Notes: a model not told the origin generated them from the letters alone. A stretch of DNA of 64,000 nucleotides from Myxococcota bacterium (GCA_039028615.1 JBCCHT010000013.1:32001-96000), one strand, 5' to 3'; positions 1 to 9,885 are shown, counted from the first letter of the stretch. Translations and numbers: made by a program.

Positions 1-1
1 G

Positions 2-892
2 CACCGGATCCTCGCAGTCGCTGTAGTCGTCGCAGACCATCGTCTCGGGTAGGTTCGGGTCCTCGAGCCGCGTGCTCTCGTCCGTGCATCCGTTGGTCTC
101 GAGCAGCCAGTCTCGCGACTCGTCCGAATACCCCGCCCAGCTGTCGGTGAGCCCGTACAGAAAAAGCGACGGTACCGAGGGGCACTCGATGGACGCGAAG
201 TAGTCTTCCGGGTAGCCGAAGCCGAAGGCCACCAGGGCCATGCCCGCGAGGTATTGGCCGCGATGGCAGGCGAGGAAGTTCGAGAACCCGCCGCCCGCCG
301 AGTAGCCGATGCTGTAGAGCTTGGCCAAGTCCACGCAGTACTCGTCCGCCATGTGCTGGGCCAGCGTGTCGAACAACGCCAGGTCTTGGTCGCTCCATCC
401 CGCCGGATCGCCGAGCCCCTGCGGGTAGACGTGCAGCGCCGTCGATGCGCCCGGCGACGGCACGCCCAGCCACGTGGTGGCCTGCATCGCCGAGTTGCCC
501 GCACCGTGCCAGTTGAAGAACAACGGCAGGGGGTCTTCGCCCGTGTACGAGCCGGGGATCTTGAGCCAGACCTCGCGATCGATGCCGTCGACCTCGAGCG
601 TCAGCTCCACCGTGCCCGTCTCGGTGGGCGGCGTGCCGCAGCCGGCCGAAGGCGTCGCGGGTTCGTCTACACCGGTGCTGTCCGATCCGCTGCCGCTGCT
701 GCTGCCGGGGTCGGTCCCGGAGCCATCGACATCCGCGGAGCCCGACCCCGTGCTCGACGTGTCGGTGGGAGCCTCCGTGTCGACGGAGGCGGGCGGGGGG
801 TCACCCTCGGGCGACGGGCACCCGGCGAGCACGAGCGTGGTGGCGGCGAGGAGCGAACGAAGACGTGGGGGGCAAAGCGACGATGCGTGCAT
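2..892 (-). CDS. Secreted lipoprotein esterase, PHB-depolymerase/feruloyl-esterase-like alpha/beta hydrolase (3' end runs off the window)
   Basis: Manually translated (absent from ORF track because it is truncated): MHASSLCPPRLRSLLAATTLVLAGC lipobox, Ser/Thr/Asp/Gly linker, PSAGCG, PLFFNWHG, VYPQG, nucleophile motif GYSAGG. Confidence 0.8.
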   Translation of the reverse strand, partial: MHASSLCPPRLRSLLAATTLVLAGCPSPEGDPPPASVDTEAPTDTSSTGSGSADVDGSGTDPGSSSGSGSDSTGVDEPATPSAGCGTPPTETGTVELTLEVDGIDREVWLKIPGSYTGEDPLPLFFNWHGAGNSAMQATTWLGVPSPGASTALHVYPQGLGDPAGWSDQDLALFDTLAQHMADEYCVDLAKLYSIGYSAGGGFSNFLACHRGQYLAGMALVAFGFGYPEDYFASIECPSVPSLFLYGLTDSWAGYSDESRDWLLETNGCTDESTRLEDPNLPETMVCDDYSDCEDPV

Positions 893-1397
893 GAGTCCAG
901 ATGCGCCACGAAGGGGGAGGCGTGGCGCCGTGCCGGTACTGGGGTTCGCGCTCCGAAAAACCGATAGGAAAAACTCGGGGGTTCACGGCCCATTGCCAGT
1001 GCGCTTTGCCGACGTCGGGCGCGTCGCTTTTGGGGTTGAGATCTGCGACCGACTCGGGATCGGTCGCTCATGTCCCGCGCCGGGTGGTCCGATGTCGGCC
1101 CCGAGCGGTTCGAGAGCGCCGTGCGTCGATCAGAATCCTCGCGTGACGACTCGAACGTTGTTGGCTGCGCGATTTGGCTCTCCGCGACGCACATCGATCC
1201 ACATTGGGCCCACTCTGCGACGAGGTGCGAAAGCATGTGTAATGTAGTGTCATTTACTCGGTTTACTTTGCCTGATCCCGCCGGTAGACTCAGTTCCAAG
1301 GTTGGGGAAGGGATCGGCCTCGACCATGGAATCCGTCGCTCGTCGTTCGTGACCCGCCCGGCACGACACAGGGACGGCACGGGTCTTCGGGGAACCC

Positions 1398-3242
1398 ATG
1401 CTGGTCAACCACAGCGTCACATCGAACTCTGGGCCCATCCTGGGCACCGCTTCCGTGAGCTGCGAGTCGCCGGCAATCATCGATGCCGAGCTCGGCCTCG
1501 CCCCGCAGGTCCTCGAGGACACGTTGCAATGGGCTCGTGGTCGAGCCGACGAGCTGCTCGCGGCGCTCGACGACCAAGAACTCCGCGAGTTGTTGGGGCC
1601 GTTCATTCCCTTCGAGGCGAGTCCGCAGCCCGAGGCTCCCGCGGCCGCGACGTCCCGCCCGGTGACGGCCGAGTTCGATGCCGTGCCCGCCAACGACGTG
1701 GCACCCGAGCCCGTGCTGGAGGCCGTGCCCCCGGCGGTCGAGTCCCAAGCTGCGCCCGAGACGGCCAAGACCGGAGCGGAGCAACGCAAGGATCCGCGGA
1801 AGGCCCTGGTCGACCCGGTCCTCGTGAAGGTCGACAGCTGGTCGGAGCTGGTGCGGCTGTACACGCGCGACATCTCGTGCGGCGGCATGTTCATCCATAG
1901 CGAGGCGTTGCCTTCGCTCGAGTCTCAGGTCTCGGTCGAGCTGTTGCTCCCGGAGGAAGCAGGCTCGCTGCACTTCCAGGGCGTCGTCGTGCACGTGGTC
2001 GAAGCCTCGGGAGCGACGTCGCCCGGGTTCGGCATTCAGTTCGTCGGTCTCACCGCCGAGAGCCGCCGAACGCTGCAGCGCATCATCGAGCGCGCCGAGC
2101 AGGCCGCGTCCACGCCCCGCGAAGAAGGGCCTACGCTGCAGGAGCTGGGCTTCACCTGTGCGCCGAGCCAACGAGGCGGTCTACGGCTCACGCTCTCCGA
2201 AGCCGAGCTGAGCCAGCTCCGCGAGCTTCGGTCGGAACTCGCCGCCATGAAGAAGTGTGGCGACCTCGAGCTGCTCGGGGTCGGATCGGCCGCCGATCTC
2301 GACGAGCTTCGGGTCGCCTTCGAACGGCTCGCCGAGCGTTGGCATCCGGGCATTGCTCATCGCGACGCGCCGGCCGAGATTCGTACGCTGGTGACCGAGG
2401 TCTTCCTCCGCATCGAGCAGGCCTATCAGCGCGCCAGCTCGGCGGCGCGCCGTCAGGCTCAGCGTGCGTTCCAGCCGGCTGAAGCCCGCCCCGTGGGCGG
2501 ACACGAAGATGCAGCGGTGGGCTCCGTCGCGACCGTCGTGCGCTCGGCTGCCGCCGGTGAGGTGGCGGGCACGGGCGAGCACGAATCGGCCAGCGCGACG
2601 CCTGCCGCCGCGCCCCGTCGGAAGCGCCCCATCACCGGGGTGCAGGAGGCGGCCAAGCCCGATGCGCCGAAGAAGCGGCGACCGATCACGGGTGTGCAGG
2701 AGGCTGCCGATGCGGGGACCCCGAAGGCTGCCGCGAGTGCCCGACGAAGCCGGCCCACCACCGGGGTGCAGGAGGCGGCCAAGCCCGTCGCTCGCTCGGC
2801 CGACGAGGCGTCTCCCGAGACGGCGGCCAAGGGTACGCCCACGCCCGCCCGCGCGGGGGCACGCCGCCGGGTGGGGCGGCTGGTCGAACGCGGGGAGCGA
2901 CTCGCTCGCAAGCTCCAGCGCCGAGAGCATGCCGTGCCCAAGCTCAAGCCGCGGAGCCCTCGTCCCTCCGCACCGGGCCACAGCGCACCGATGAAGGTCG
3001 CGTTGCAGCACATCCAGGCCCGGAGCTGGGCGGACGCGATCAAGCCGCTGCAAGAGGCCCTGCAGCTTCAGCCCTCGAACGAGCTCGAGGTCCTGCTGCA
3101 GATCGTCCGGGCCCGCCAGGCCGCGGTCGAGCGGGACTTCGCCACCGCCCGCCGACACTACGAAGCGGTGCTGGCCGGCAACCCCGAGCACGCCGTTGCA
3201 CAGCGCGAGCTATTGATGATCTCCGCGGTGCACGACTCCTAG
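1398..3242 (+). CDS. PilZ domain + J-like domain + C-terminal TPR protein
   Basis: RKDPR and DISCGG PilZ motifs; LLGV...LAERWHPG...FLRIEQAY J-like domain; TPR-like C-terminus; start codon uncertain. Confidence 0.75.
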   Translation: MLVNHSVTSNSGPILGTASVSCESPAIIDAELGLAPQVLEDTLQWARGRADELLAALDDQELRELLGPFIPFEASPQPEAPAAATSRPVTAEFDAVPANDVAPEPVLEAVPPAVESQAAPETAKTGAEQRKDPRKALVDPVLVKVDSWSELVRLYTRDISCGGMFIHSEALPSLESQVSVELLLPEEAGSLHFQGVVVHVVEASGATSPGFGIQFVGLTAESRRTLQRIIERAEQAASTPREEGPTLQELGFTCAPSQRGGLRLTLSEAELSQLRELRSELAAMKKCGDLELLGVGSAADLDELRVAFERLAERWHPGIAHRDAPAEIRTLVTEVFLRIEQAYQRASSAARRQAQRAFQPAEARPVGGHEDAAVGSVATVVRSAAAGEVAGTGEHESASATPAAAPRRKRPITGVQEAAKPDAPKKRRPITGVQEAADAGTPKAAASARRSRPTTGVQEAAKPVARSADEASPETAAKGTPTPARAGARRRVGRLVERGERLARKLQRREHAVPKLKPRSPRPSAPGHSAPMKVALQHIQARSWADAIKPLQEALQLQPSNELEVLLQIVRARQAAVERDFATARRHYEAVLAGNPEHAVAQRELLMISAVHDS

Positions 3243-3306
3243 CTCACAGCGCACAGGTCGCGAGGTGCATGGTCTTGGGCGATGGCTCGCGGCATAGTCG
3301 CGTCGC

Positions 3307-3990
3307 GTGAGCGAGACCCAATCCGTCCACGAGCGACTCGACGCCGACGCACTGTCCACCCGCGATGCCTATCGGTTGATGACCGACATCGTTGCGCCGC
3401 GACCGATCGCCTGGGTGTCGACCGTCGACGGGCACGGGAAGCCGAACCTCGCTCCCTTCAGCTACTTCCAGGCCGTCTGTTCGACGCCGCCCACCGTCAT
3501 CGTCGCCATCGGCAATCGCCCCGACGGTCGGCCCAAGGACACGCTGCGGAACATCCTCGACACGCGTGAGCTGACCATCAGCCACGTCTGCGAGCCGCTG
3601 GCCGAGCCCATGAACACCACCTCGGGGACCTTCGAGCCCGAGATCGACGAGTGGGAGATGGCCGCCCAGGACGGAGCCCCGCTCGCGTCCGAGCCCTCTC
3701 GGCTCGTCTTACCGCCCCGGGTCGCCCGTGCGCGCGCGGCGATGGAGTGCCGCATGATGCAGGCCATCCCGCTCGGTGAGGGCAAACACGGCGGCCCCTC
3801 GACCACGCTCATCATTGCGCAGGTGCTGTGCTTCTGGCTCGCGCCCGGCCTCGCCCGGCGCGACGACAAGGGCCACCTGCTGCCCATCGAACCCGCGGAG
3901 CTGGCGTCGGTCGGCCGTCTGGGCGGGATGTCGTATGCTCGCACCCGGGAGACCTTCGAGCTCGCCCGGCCCAAGGTCCCCCGGTCCTGA
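3307..3990 (+). CDS. Flavin reductase family protein (DIM6/NtaB-like)
   Basis: PRPIAWVST, NLAPFSYF, KDTLRNI, GRLGG motifs. Confidence 0.9.
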   Translation: MSETQSVHERLDADALSTRDAYRLMTDIVAPRPIAWVSTVDGHGKPNLAPFSYFQAVCSTPPTVIVAIGNRPDGRPKDTLRNILDTRELTISHVCEPLAEPMNTTSGTFEPEIDEWEMAAQDGAPLASEPSRLVLPPRVARARAAMECRMMQAIPLGEGKHGGPSTTLIIAQVLCFWLAPGLARRDDKGHLLPIEPAELASVGRLGGMSYARTRETFELARPKVPRS

Positions 3991-4007
3991 CTGCGTCTGG
4001 AGGCGCC

Positions 4008-4991
4008 GTGAACGACACCAAAACCAGTGCTGCGACCACCGCGCCCGTCGACGACCTGTTCGTCGCGGCCCCCTCCGCCGTCTCGGTCTACGAGGTCGGT
4101 CCGCGCGATGGTCTGCAAAACGAAAAGCAGATCCTGCCCACCGAGCGCAAGATCGAGATGGTCGAGGGACTCATCGACTCGGGGCTCGAGCGGGTGGAGA
4201 TCACCAGCTTCGTGAACCCCCGCTGGATCCCCGCCATGGCCGACCACATGGAGGTCGCCAGCCGGGTCAAGCGCCGCGACGGCGTGCGCCTGTCCGCCCT
4301 CGTGCCCAACATGCGCGGCCTCGACGGGGCGACGCGGGCCGGCATGGAGGAGGTCGCCGTGTTCATGGCCGCCTCCGAGACCCACAACCACAAGAACATC
4401 AACAAGAGCACCGCCGAAGCGCTCGAGACCTACCGGGGGGTCGTGGGCGAGGCGGTGTCGCGGGGCATGAAGGTGCGCGGCTATGTCAGCTGCGTCTACG
4501 GCTGCCCCTACGAGGGCGAGGTCTCGCTCGACAACGTGCTCGAGGTCTCCCACGCCCTGCTCGAGATGGGCGTGTACGAACTCAGCCTCGGTGACACCAT
4601 CGGCGTCGGTACGCCGCGCCAGGTCGAGTACATCTTCCGCGGGCTCATGCGCTCGGGTATCGAGCTGCCCCAGGTCGCCGTGCACTTCCACGACACCCGG
4701 GGCACCGCGCTGGCCAACATCACCGTGGCCCTGCAGTTCGGCATCGGCACCATCGACTCCGCCGTCGGTGGCCTCGGGGGCTGTCCCTACGCACCCGGGG
4801 CTTCGGGCAACGTCGCCACCGAAGACGTCGTGTACATGCTGCACGGCATGGGCGTGGACACTGGGGTCGACCTCGACAAGCTCGTCGGTATCTCGGCGCG
4901 CCTGGGGGGCCAGCTCGCTCGCGAGCTGCCGAGCAAGTACCTCAAGGCCCATCTCGGTCACTGCGCCCGGTCCGGGCAAGCGGTGTACTGA
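4008..4991 (+). CDS. Hydroxymethylglutaryl-CoA lyase
   Basis: EVGPRDGLQNE, LGDTIG, HFHDTRG, GGCPYAPGASGNVATED; GTG start chosen just after the upstream stop. Confidence 0.93.
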   Translation: MNDTKTSAATTAPVDDLFVAAPSAVSVYEVGPRDGLQNEKQILPTERKIEMVEGLIDSGLERVEITSFVNPRWIPAMADHMEVASRVKRRDGVRLSALVPNMRGLDGATRAGMEEVAVFMAASETHNHKNINKSTAEALETYRGVVGEAVSRGMKVRGYVSCVYGCPYEGEVSLDNVLEVSHALLEMGVYELSLGDTIGVGTPRQVEYIFRGLMRSGIELPQVAVHFHDTRGTALANITVALQFGIGTIDSAVGGLGGCPYAPGASGNVATEDVVYMLHGMGVDTGVDLDKLVGISARLGGQLARELPSKYLKAHLGHCARSGQAVY

Positions 4992-5028
4992 GCCGCGGCC
5001 CGGGTTTCCCGGTCGGTCGGGTGAGGCG

Positions 5029-5910
5029 TCAGCTCTTGCCCGGGCCGCCTGCTCCGGTACCGAAGTTCGCGGAGACAGAGCCTTCGCCCGCGATGCGGAT
5101 GGGGTTGCCCCCCGGCACACACAGGTACGGATCGAAATCCTCGATGCCGACCCTGCGCAGGATCTGCTCGTCGAGCAGCGCCTGTCCGGTGAGGGTGGGG
5201 GGCTCGTGGCTCAGGATGGCCATGGTGGCATCGGACAGGATCTCGGGCTTGCGCCACTGCGCCGGGCCGCCGAGGCCGAAGCCGATGGACGCTTGCGACT
5301 CGATCATGGTGGCGGGCCATAGCGCGTTGGCGGCCACGCCGTGCTTGGCGACCTCGTGCCCCAGGCCGTGGGCGAGCAGCGTCATGCCGAACTTCGAGAT
5401 CGAGTAGGCCACCTTGCCCGGCACCATGCCCAGGTCGACCGGCGGCGACATCATCACGATGTGGCCCCAGCCCTGTTTGATCATGTGGGGCAGGCAGGCC
5501 TGAGCGGCGAGGAAGGACGCGCGGGCGTTGACGTCCATCACCAGGTCGAAGCGTTTGGCCGGCGTGTCGACCACGTGCTTCCACCACAGGGCACCCGCGT
5601 TGTTGATGAGGATGTCGACCCGGCCGAGCTCCTCGACCGTGCGTCGCACCATCGTCTCGATTTGGTCGGGTTCGCGGACGTTGGTCGGGACCGCGATCGA
5701 GCGACGGCCCAGGGCTTCGATCTCCGCTTGGGTCTCGAGGATGGTGCCGGGCAGGGTGGGGTGGGGCTCGACCGTCTTGGCGGCCACGCACACGTCACAG
5801 CCGGCCCGAGCCAGCGCCAGGGCTACGGTCTTGCCGATGCCGCGGCTGCTGCCGGTCACGATGGCCACTCGTCCGCTCAGGTCAGGGGTCTCGAACATCG
5901 ACTGCGTCAT
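5029..5910 (-). CDS. SDR oxidoreductase (HSDL2-like)
   Basis: TGSSRGIG, AAKT..PHPTLPGTI, NNAG, YSISK catalytic motif, NALWP. Confidence 0.9.
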   Translation of the reverse strand: MTQSMFETPDLSGRVAIVTGSSRGIGKTVALALARAGCDVCVAAKTVEPHPTLPGTILETQAEIEALGRRSIAVPTNVREPDQIETMVRRTVEELGRVDILINNAGALWWKHVVDTPAKRFDLVMDVNARASFLAAQACLPHMIKQGWGHIVMMSPPVDLGMVPGKVAYSISKFGMTLLAHGLGHEVAKHGVAANALWPATMIESQASIGFGLGGPAQWRKPEILSDATMAILSHEPPTLTGQALLDEQILRRVGIEDFDPYLCVPGGNPIRIAGEGSVSANFGTGAGGPGKS

Positions 5911-6277
5911 ACCAGATGAAGTGGCGCTCGCACGGAGGTGGATGGCAGACGCCCCTGGAGCGGTCTTCGTGGTCGCTGGTGGGTAGTTGCAAGTGCCACC
6001 AGGTGCGCCCGGGCCAGGGCCTTTGTTCGGGTGAACACGGCGATAGCGACATCGCTGTCGCAGTGTCTCCAGCGGGTTCGGACATCGGCGTCATGCAGCA
6101 ATCCCAGGCATGCAATCGAGATCACGGACCGTCGATCGAAATCGACTTTTTTGGTCGTCGGTTGCATCCAACCCGTGTGCTCGGGCGACCAACGGGGTGG
6201 AGCGGCGACGCTCCGGTTCTTAGTTGGATTCGAGCTTGGTTTGGCCGGGGAGGACCCCGGCGGTGTTGGAGGTTGTC

Positions 6278-7168
6278 ATGGATGGATTGAAGAGTGTGCG
6301 TGCGTTGGTTGGTGGTGCAGTCGTGGCGTGGGCCTGGTTGGGTCTCGCGACGCCGGCCAATGCTGGGGCTCCCGAGTGCAATGGAGTGCATGTCGATCGT
6401 GGAGCGCAGTGCAAGGTGGAGGTCTCGGCGGGGTGCAACGCGAGCTGTGACGTGGGCGCCGTGCTCGACGTCTGCGCGGCCGACCTGATGGCGTCGTGCC
6501 AGGCCGGCTGCGATCTCGACTCGACGGTGACGTGCAGCGATCCGTGTCGAGAGGCGTGTGAAGATTCGTGTCGGGCCGACGGTGGTCAGGTCATCTGCAA
6601 CGACAACTGCATGTTCGAGTGCGAGGGCGCCTGCAACGAATCGTGTGCCGATGCCGAGGACCCCAGCCAGTGCTTCGCCAGCTGCGAGGCGACCTGCTCG
6701 GGGGAGTGCGAGGAGGCCTGTTCCGACGTACCGCCCGACGCCGATTGCAATACCGCCTGCCAGGAGTGCTGCCATGGATCCTGTCGGGCGCGGGTGAACC
6801 TGGACTGTCAGATCGGCTGCCAGGCCACTGGGTTCGCGAGCTGCCAGGACAGTGCCCTGGAGGCGTGCAGTGCGTCGTGCGGCATCGAGGGCACCCTGTT
6901 CTGCGATGAGCAGTACGTCATGTCCGGCGTCGGGATCGACGACTGCATCAATGCCCTGCAGGGCCGTGGGGTCTACGTGGAGGTAGATGTCGACGTGGAC
7001 ATCGACGTCGACATCGACGAGGAACTCGAGGATGCCTTCGGTGGATCCGAGGATTCCGACGGCAAGCCGGTCGGGCTGTGCAGCGTCTCGTCGCGAGGCG
7101 GTGGCTGGTCCTCCCTGGCCGTGCTCGGGTTGCTGGGTCTCGTCGCGATGCGTCGCCGTCGGGTGTAG
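6278..7168 (+). CDS. Cys-rich surface protein with MYXO-CTERM sorting signal
   Basis: Signal peptide; many CxxxC repeats; C-terminal GLCSVSS...LAVLGLLGLVAMRRRRV. Confidence 0.8.
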   Translation: MDGLKSVRALVGGAVVAWAWLGLATPANAGAPECNGVHVDRGAQCKVEVSAGCNASCDVGAVLDVCAADLMASCQAGCDLDSTVTCSDPCREACEDSCRADGGQVICNDNCMFECEGACNESCADAEDPSQCFASCEATCSGECEEACSDVPPDADCNTACQECCHGSCRARVNLDCQIGCQATGFASCQDSALEACSASCGIEGTLFCDEQYVMSGVGIDDCINALQGRGVYVEVDVDVDIDVDIDEELEDAFGGSEDSDGKPVGLCSVSSRGGGWSSLAVLGLLGLVAMRRRRV

Positions 7169-7320
7169 GTCGGCGCCGTGAAGGTTCGGGCCCGGTGCTC
7201 GCTGTGTGCGAGCCCCGGGCTCGTTTGCGTGATGGAGTGGGCGTGGGAGTTTTGCGCTGGGCCTTGCTTGACGGTTCCGCGGGCCCGGTGCCATCGTTCG
7301 AGCCCCTTCACGACGAGCCC

Positions 7321-8337
7321 ATGTCGACGCCAGCCACCAAGACCAAGCCGCGCATTCTCTCTGGAGTGCAGCCCACCGGTAACATCCATCTCGGCAACTA
7401 CATCGGTGCGATTCGTCAGTGGTGCGCGCACCAGGCCGACTTCGACAGCTTGTTCTGCGTCGTCGACCTGCACGCGTTGACGATCCCGGAGGTCGTCGAG
7501 CCCGAGGTGCTGAAGCGGAAGAACCGGGAGATTTCGGCGCTGTATCTGGCGTGTGGCATCGACCCGGAGGTCTCTACGATCTTCGTGCAGTCGGATGTGC
7601 ATCAGCACGCCGAGCTGGGGTGGATCCTCGGGTGCGTCACGCCGCTGGGGTGGCTGTACCGGATGACGCAGTTCAAGACGAAGTCCGACAAGCGCGAGAG
7701 CGTGGGCACGGGGTTGCTGACGTATCCCGTGCTGCAGGCGGCGGACATCGTGCTCTACGACGCGGACCAGGTGCCGGTCGGGCAGGATCAGAAGCAGCAC
7801 ATCGAGCTCGCGCGGGATGTGGCGCAGCGCTTCAATCAGCTATTCGGGGATACGTTGACGGTGCCCGATGTGATGATCCCGAAGGCGGGGGCGCGGATCA
7901 TGGGGCTGGATGATCCGACGTCGAAGATGAGCAAGAGCGTCGGGGCCGAGGTCAAGGGGCATGCGATCGGGATGCTCGATACGCCGAAGCAGATTCGCAA
8001 GGCGATCATGCGGGCGGTGACGGACTCGGGGACGGAGGTTGATTTCTCGGCGATTAGTCCGGGGATTCGGAATTTGTTGACGCTATATGAGGTGCTTTCG
8101 GGGGAGTCGAAGGAGGCGATCGAGGGGCGGTTTGCGGGGAAGGGGTATGGGCATCTGAAGAAGGATGTGGCTGAGGTCGTGTTGGGGACGATCGAGCCGG
8201 TGCAGGCGCGGTGGAAGGAGCTGATGGATGATCCGGGGTATTTGGATGGGGTGCTGGATCGGGGGGCGGAGCGGGCTCGTGGGATTGCAGCTGAGGTGTT
8301 GGGGCGGGTGAAGGTGGCGGTGGGGCTTGGCCGCTGA
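7321..8337 (+). CDS. trpS: Tryptophan--tRNA ligase
   Basis: SGVQPTG, HLGN (HIGH), YPVLQAADI, VPVGQDQKQHIELARD, KMSKS. Confidence 0.97.
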   Translation: MSTPATKTKPRILSGVQPTGNIHLGNYIGAIRQWCAHQADFDSLFCVVDLHALTIPEVVEPEVLKRKNREISALYLACGIDPEVSTIFVQSDVHQHAELGWILGCVTPLGWLYRMTQFKTKSDKRESVGTGLLTYPVLQAADIVLYDADQVPVGQDQKQHIELARDVAQRFNQLFGDTLTVPDVMIPKAGARIMGLDDPTSKMSKSVGAEVKGHAIGMLDTPKQIRKAIMRAVTDSGTEVDFSAISPGIRNLLTLYEVLSGESKEAIEGRFAGKGYGHLKKDVAEVVLGTIEPVQARWKELMDDPGYLDGVLDRGAERARGIAAEVLGRVKVAVGLGR

Positions 8338-8340
8338 GGG

Positions 8341-9866
8341 GGGAGAGACCGGCCCGAGGGGAACTGATTCGCCGGAAATGACGTGGTGCTAACGGGCCAG
8401 GCAAGGCCGCCGGGCTGGCGCGGACGGGACAGCGTGGAGCAGCCGACGCAATGATCTGGCGTCGTGGTCGACAACGGATCCGTGACACCTGCGCGGAGGA
8501 TCATTGACGGGCAAACGGTGATGGTTCAGCGGCGGACGATGTACCGGATGTTCCTGCTGCTGCCGACCACTCGGACCAAGGCAATCCTGGGGTATTGCTT
8601 GGGCTACGTTTGCGAGAAATACAGTGTTGAACTGCACGAGTTCATATTTCTGAGCAACCACTACCATCTCGTCGTCACTGACCCTCGTGGTGAGCTGCCA
8701 GCGTTCATGCGGGACCTCAACAGCCTGATCGCTCGGGCGCTGAACTCATCGTACGGGCGGTGGGAGGCGGTGTGGTCGTCGGAACCGTACTGCGCACCGG
8801 TGCTTTGCGATGCGGAAAGTGTGCTCTCGAAGTGCATCTACACCCTGTGCAACGCGAATGAGGCGGGCCTCGTTCGGTATGTGAGGGAGTACGACGGCTT
8901 GTGTAGTTGGGGATTGGACTACGGAAGCTGTCTCGACTTCGCGCGGCCCGACGGGTTCTTTTCGTCGGATCTGCCATCGCAGGCGTCTGTGATTCTCTCT
9001 CGGCCCAAGCAACTCTGGCCGGGCGCAGAGGACCGCACGGTTCGTGCGGAGATACGCCGCGCGGTGCGGGAACGGGAGGGGGACAACGCGTGTCGCATTC
9101 GAGCCGCGGGCGGTGCGTTCCTGGGGATGAAGCGAGTCCTTCGACAGCGGGTGACGGACACTCCGAGTTCGCGGGCTCCGCGGAGAGGGCTCCGGCCCCG
9201 GGTGGCAGGCCGGAGTCGATGGGCGCGAATTGAGGCGCTCGAGCGGAACGCGCGTTTTCAGGTGGAGTATCGGGCGGCGCGGCTTCGGTTTGACCGCGGG
9301 GAGCGAAACGTCGAGTTTCCGCTCGGGACCTACAAGCTACGGGTGGAGTCGAACGTTCGTGTTGGCTTGGTGGGCGCAGGTCGGTCGCCGCCGTAGCTGG
9401 AACTCATTGTGGTGAATTGCAGTCGGCGGGCAGGTCCCGTCTAGCGGTGCTGGTTGTTTTGGAGATCGCCGCGGATAGAAGTCCGCGCCTGCGCATTTCT
9501 TCGGTGAATTGGAGGTCGAATCTGCAGAGGCACGGCCGAGCGTGAGCGCTGCAAGACCTCCGACCGCCGCACTGAGTTACCGAACTCGGTTGGTCAGAGA
9601 ATATCGGACCGATTGATCGAAAAGACCCTCGGGCGGGTCTCTCCCCGGTGAATTGGAGGTCGAATCTGCAGAGGCACGGCCGAGCGTGAGCGCTGCAAGA
9701 CCTCCGACCGCCGCACTGAGTTACCGAACTCGGTTGGTCAGAGAAGATCGGACCGATTGATCGAAAAGACCCTCGGGCGGGTCTCTACCGCACTGAGTTA
9801 CCGAACTCGGTTGGTCAGGGAAGATCGGACCGATTGATCGAAAAGACCCTCGGGCGGGTCTCTCCC
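8341..9866. mobile_element. RAYT-like (HUH/Y1) element bounded by inverted 20-bp hairpin motifs
   Basis: Left GGGAGAGACCGGCCCGAGGG (8341-8360) is the reverse complement, with one mismatch, of CCCTCGGGCGGGTCTCTCCC (9626-9645, 9847-9866); encloses the transposase ORF and repeat array. Confidence 0.7.
8482..9396 (+). CDS. REP-associated tyrosine transposase-like protein (Y1_Tnp/HUH family, myxobacterial type)
   Basis: HUH motif LSNHYHLVV, FMRDLNSLIARALN, GRWEAVW, candidate catalytic Tyr in KCIYTLCN, C-terminal FPLGTY; lower GC than neighbours; GTG 8482 preferred over 8464. Confidence 0.85.
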   Translation: MTPARRIIDGQTVMVQRRTMYRMFLLLPTTRTKAILGYCLGYVCEKYSVELHEFIFLSNHYHLVVTDPRGELPAFMRDLNSLIARALNSSYGRWEAVWSSEPYCAPVLCDAESVLSKCIYTLCNANEAGLVRYVREYDGLCSWGLDYGSCLDFARPDGFFSSDLPSQASVILSRPKQLWPGAEDRTVRAEIRRAVREREGDNACRIRAAGGAFLGMKRVLRQRVTDTPSSRAPRRGLRPRVAGRSRWARIEALERNARFQVEYRAARLRFDRGERNVEFPLGTYKLRVESNVRVGLVGAGRSPP

Positions 9867-9880
9867 AAAGACCCTCGGGC
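9502..9880. repeat. Tandem array of 144-bp multi-hairpin units (2 full, one 79-bp partial, one 14-bp remnant)
   Basis: Unit 1 9502-9645; unit 2 9646-9786 (one internal substitution); partial 9788-9866 equals the last 79 bp of a unit; remnant AAAGACCCTCGGGC 9867-9880. Confidence 0.95.
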
Positions 9881-9885
9881 ACCCG

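Noticed and set aside
9502..9880. CRISPR array interpretation of the repeats
   Set aside because: Units are 144/79 bp and nearly identical throughout, with no unique spacers and no cas genes in the window.
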